Assembly (NCBI GenBank): GCA_038231275.1
Contig: JBBRLQ010000049.1
Span: 9,141-41,140 of the forward strand
DNA: 32,000 nt
Reading direction: 5' to 3'
Source of the DNA: Polyangiales bacterium
GTDB lineage: Bacteria; Myxococcota_A; Polyangia; Polyangiales; Polyangiaceae
Shown here: piece after piece, positions 31,572-32,000 of the stretch
Layout of the letters: each line of letters begins with the position of its first letter
Position numbering within the stretch: the stretch's first letter is position 1
Notes under the pieces: model-generated
What the model was told of the DNA's origin: nothing
Databases searched by the model: none
Seen by the model: the letters and a program-made list of their open reading frames with translations, nothing else
Position numbers and translations under genes: made by a program

Positions 31572-32000
31572 TCATTGGGCCTGCGGGACGGGATGAGCAT
31601 CCTTCGCGGTTTCGTCCGCGACGAACTCGCGCGCGAACTGAACGAGCCGGTGCCCGGCCACGACGAAGCAAAGTGCGGCAAGGATGATGGTGAGTGGGGC
31701 CACCGCGCGCTCGTGTCCGCTCGCCAGCACGGTCACCGTGGCGCCGATCATCACGAGCCCCATCGCGAAGGACGACGGGAGTCGGATGTTGCGTACGAAG
31801 AACCCGATGCCGCCGAGGAGCTGCGCGACGCCGACGAAATACATCATCCAGGATGGCAGCTGCCACCCCTGGAACTGCTCGACCAGCGTCGGCACCGCTG
31901 CGAGCTTGGTCGCGCCGAAGATGACGTGTGCGACGCCAAGTACATAGGCGAGGCTCTGGATTCGCTTGTCGGTCTTGCTGGCAGGGAGTGCAGTCGTCAT
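31572..32000 (-). CDS. DoxX-family membrane protein
   Basis: 142 aa with four hydrophobic helices. AHVIFGATKLA...VGVAQLLGGIGFF is typical of DoxX. The ATG sits exactly at the window end. Confidence 0.75.
   Translation of the reverse strand: MTTALPASKTDKRIQSLAYVLGVAHVIFGATKLAAVPTLVEQFQGWQLPSWMMYFVGVAQLLGGIGFFVRNIRLPSSFAMGLVMIGATVTVLASGHERAVAPLTIILAALCFVVAGHRLVQFAREFVADETAKDAHPVPQAQ

Overview
High-GC (about 70% by eye) chromosomal segment. It is probably from a myxobacterium (Polyangia-like), because it carries many lipobox proteins with Cys-rich modules, including a CDGNPANGCE-type motif. All function calls come from hand translation and remembered family motifs; no searches were run. I support about 34 protein genes, one tmRNA and several repeats or regulatory candidates.

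Main contents, left to right:
- Heparinase II/III-like lyase, partial and missing from the ORF track.
- A four-gene operon led by an RRM RNA-binding protein.
- Two VWA proteins, one a 1035-aa VIT-VWA-DUF2135 lipoprotein.
- A Tat metallophosphoesterase translationally coupled to a CXXCH lipoprotein, facing an ECF sigma / anti-sigma / Omp85-like operon across a palindromic back-to-back GGAAC...CGTT promoter pair.
- GH76 mannanase and a phosphoesterase.
- A Rieske-FAD reductase followed by a membrane-anchored redoxin.
- tmRNA (ssrA) with an adjacent decayed tyrosine-integrase remnant.
- An accessory-looking stretch with parDE and a lower-GC ORFan.

Most interesting signal: the redoxin at 20073..20699 (-) has an in-frame TGA exactly at the first Cys of its W-C-P-x-C redox motif. 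The frame stays intact downstream, a hairpin follows the TGA, and a Cys-containing paralog lies in the same window. It is therefore a candidate selenoprotein that the ORF track splits into two ORFs.

Many long ORFs in the track are Arg/Ala/Pro-rich shadows of real genes and were discarded.
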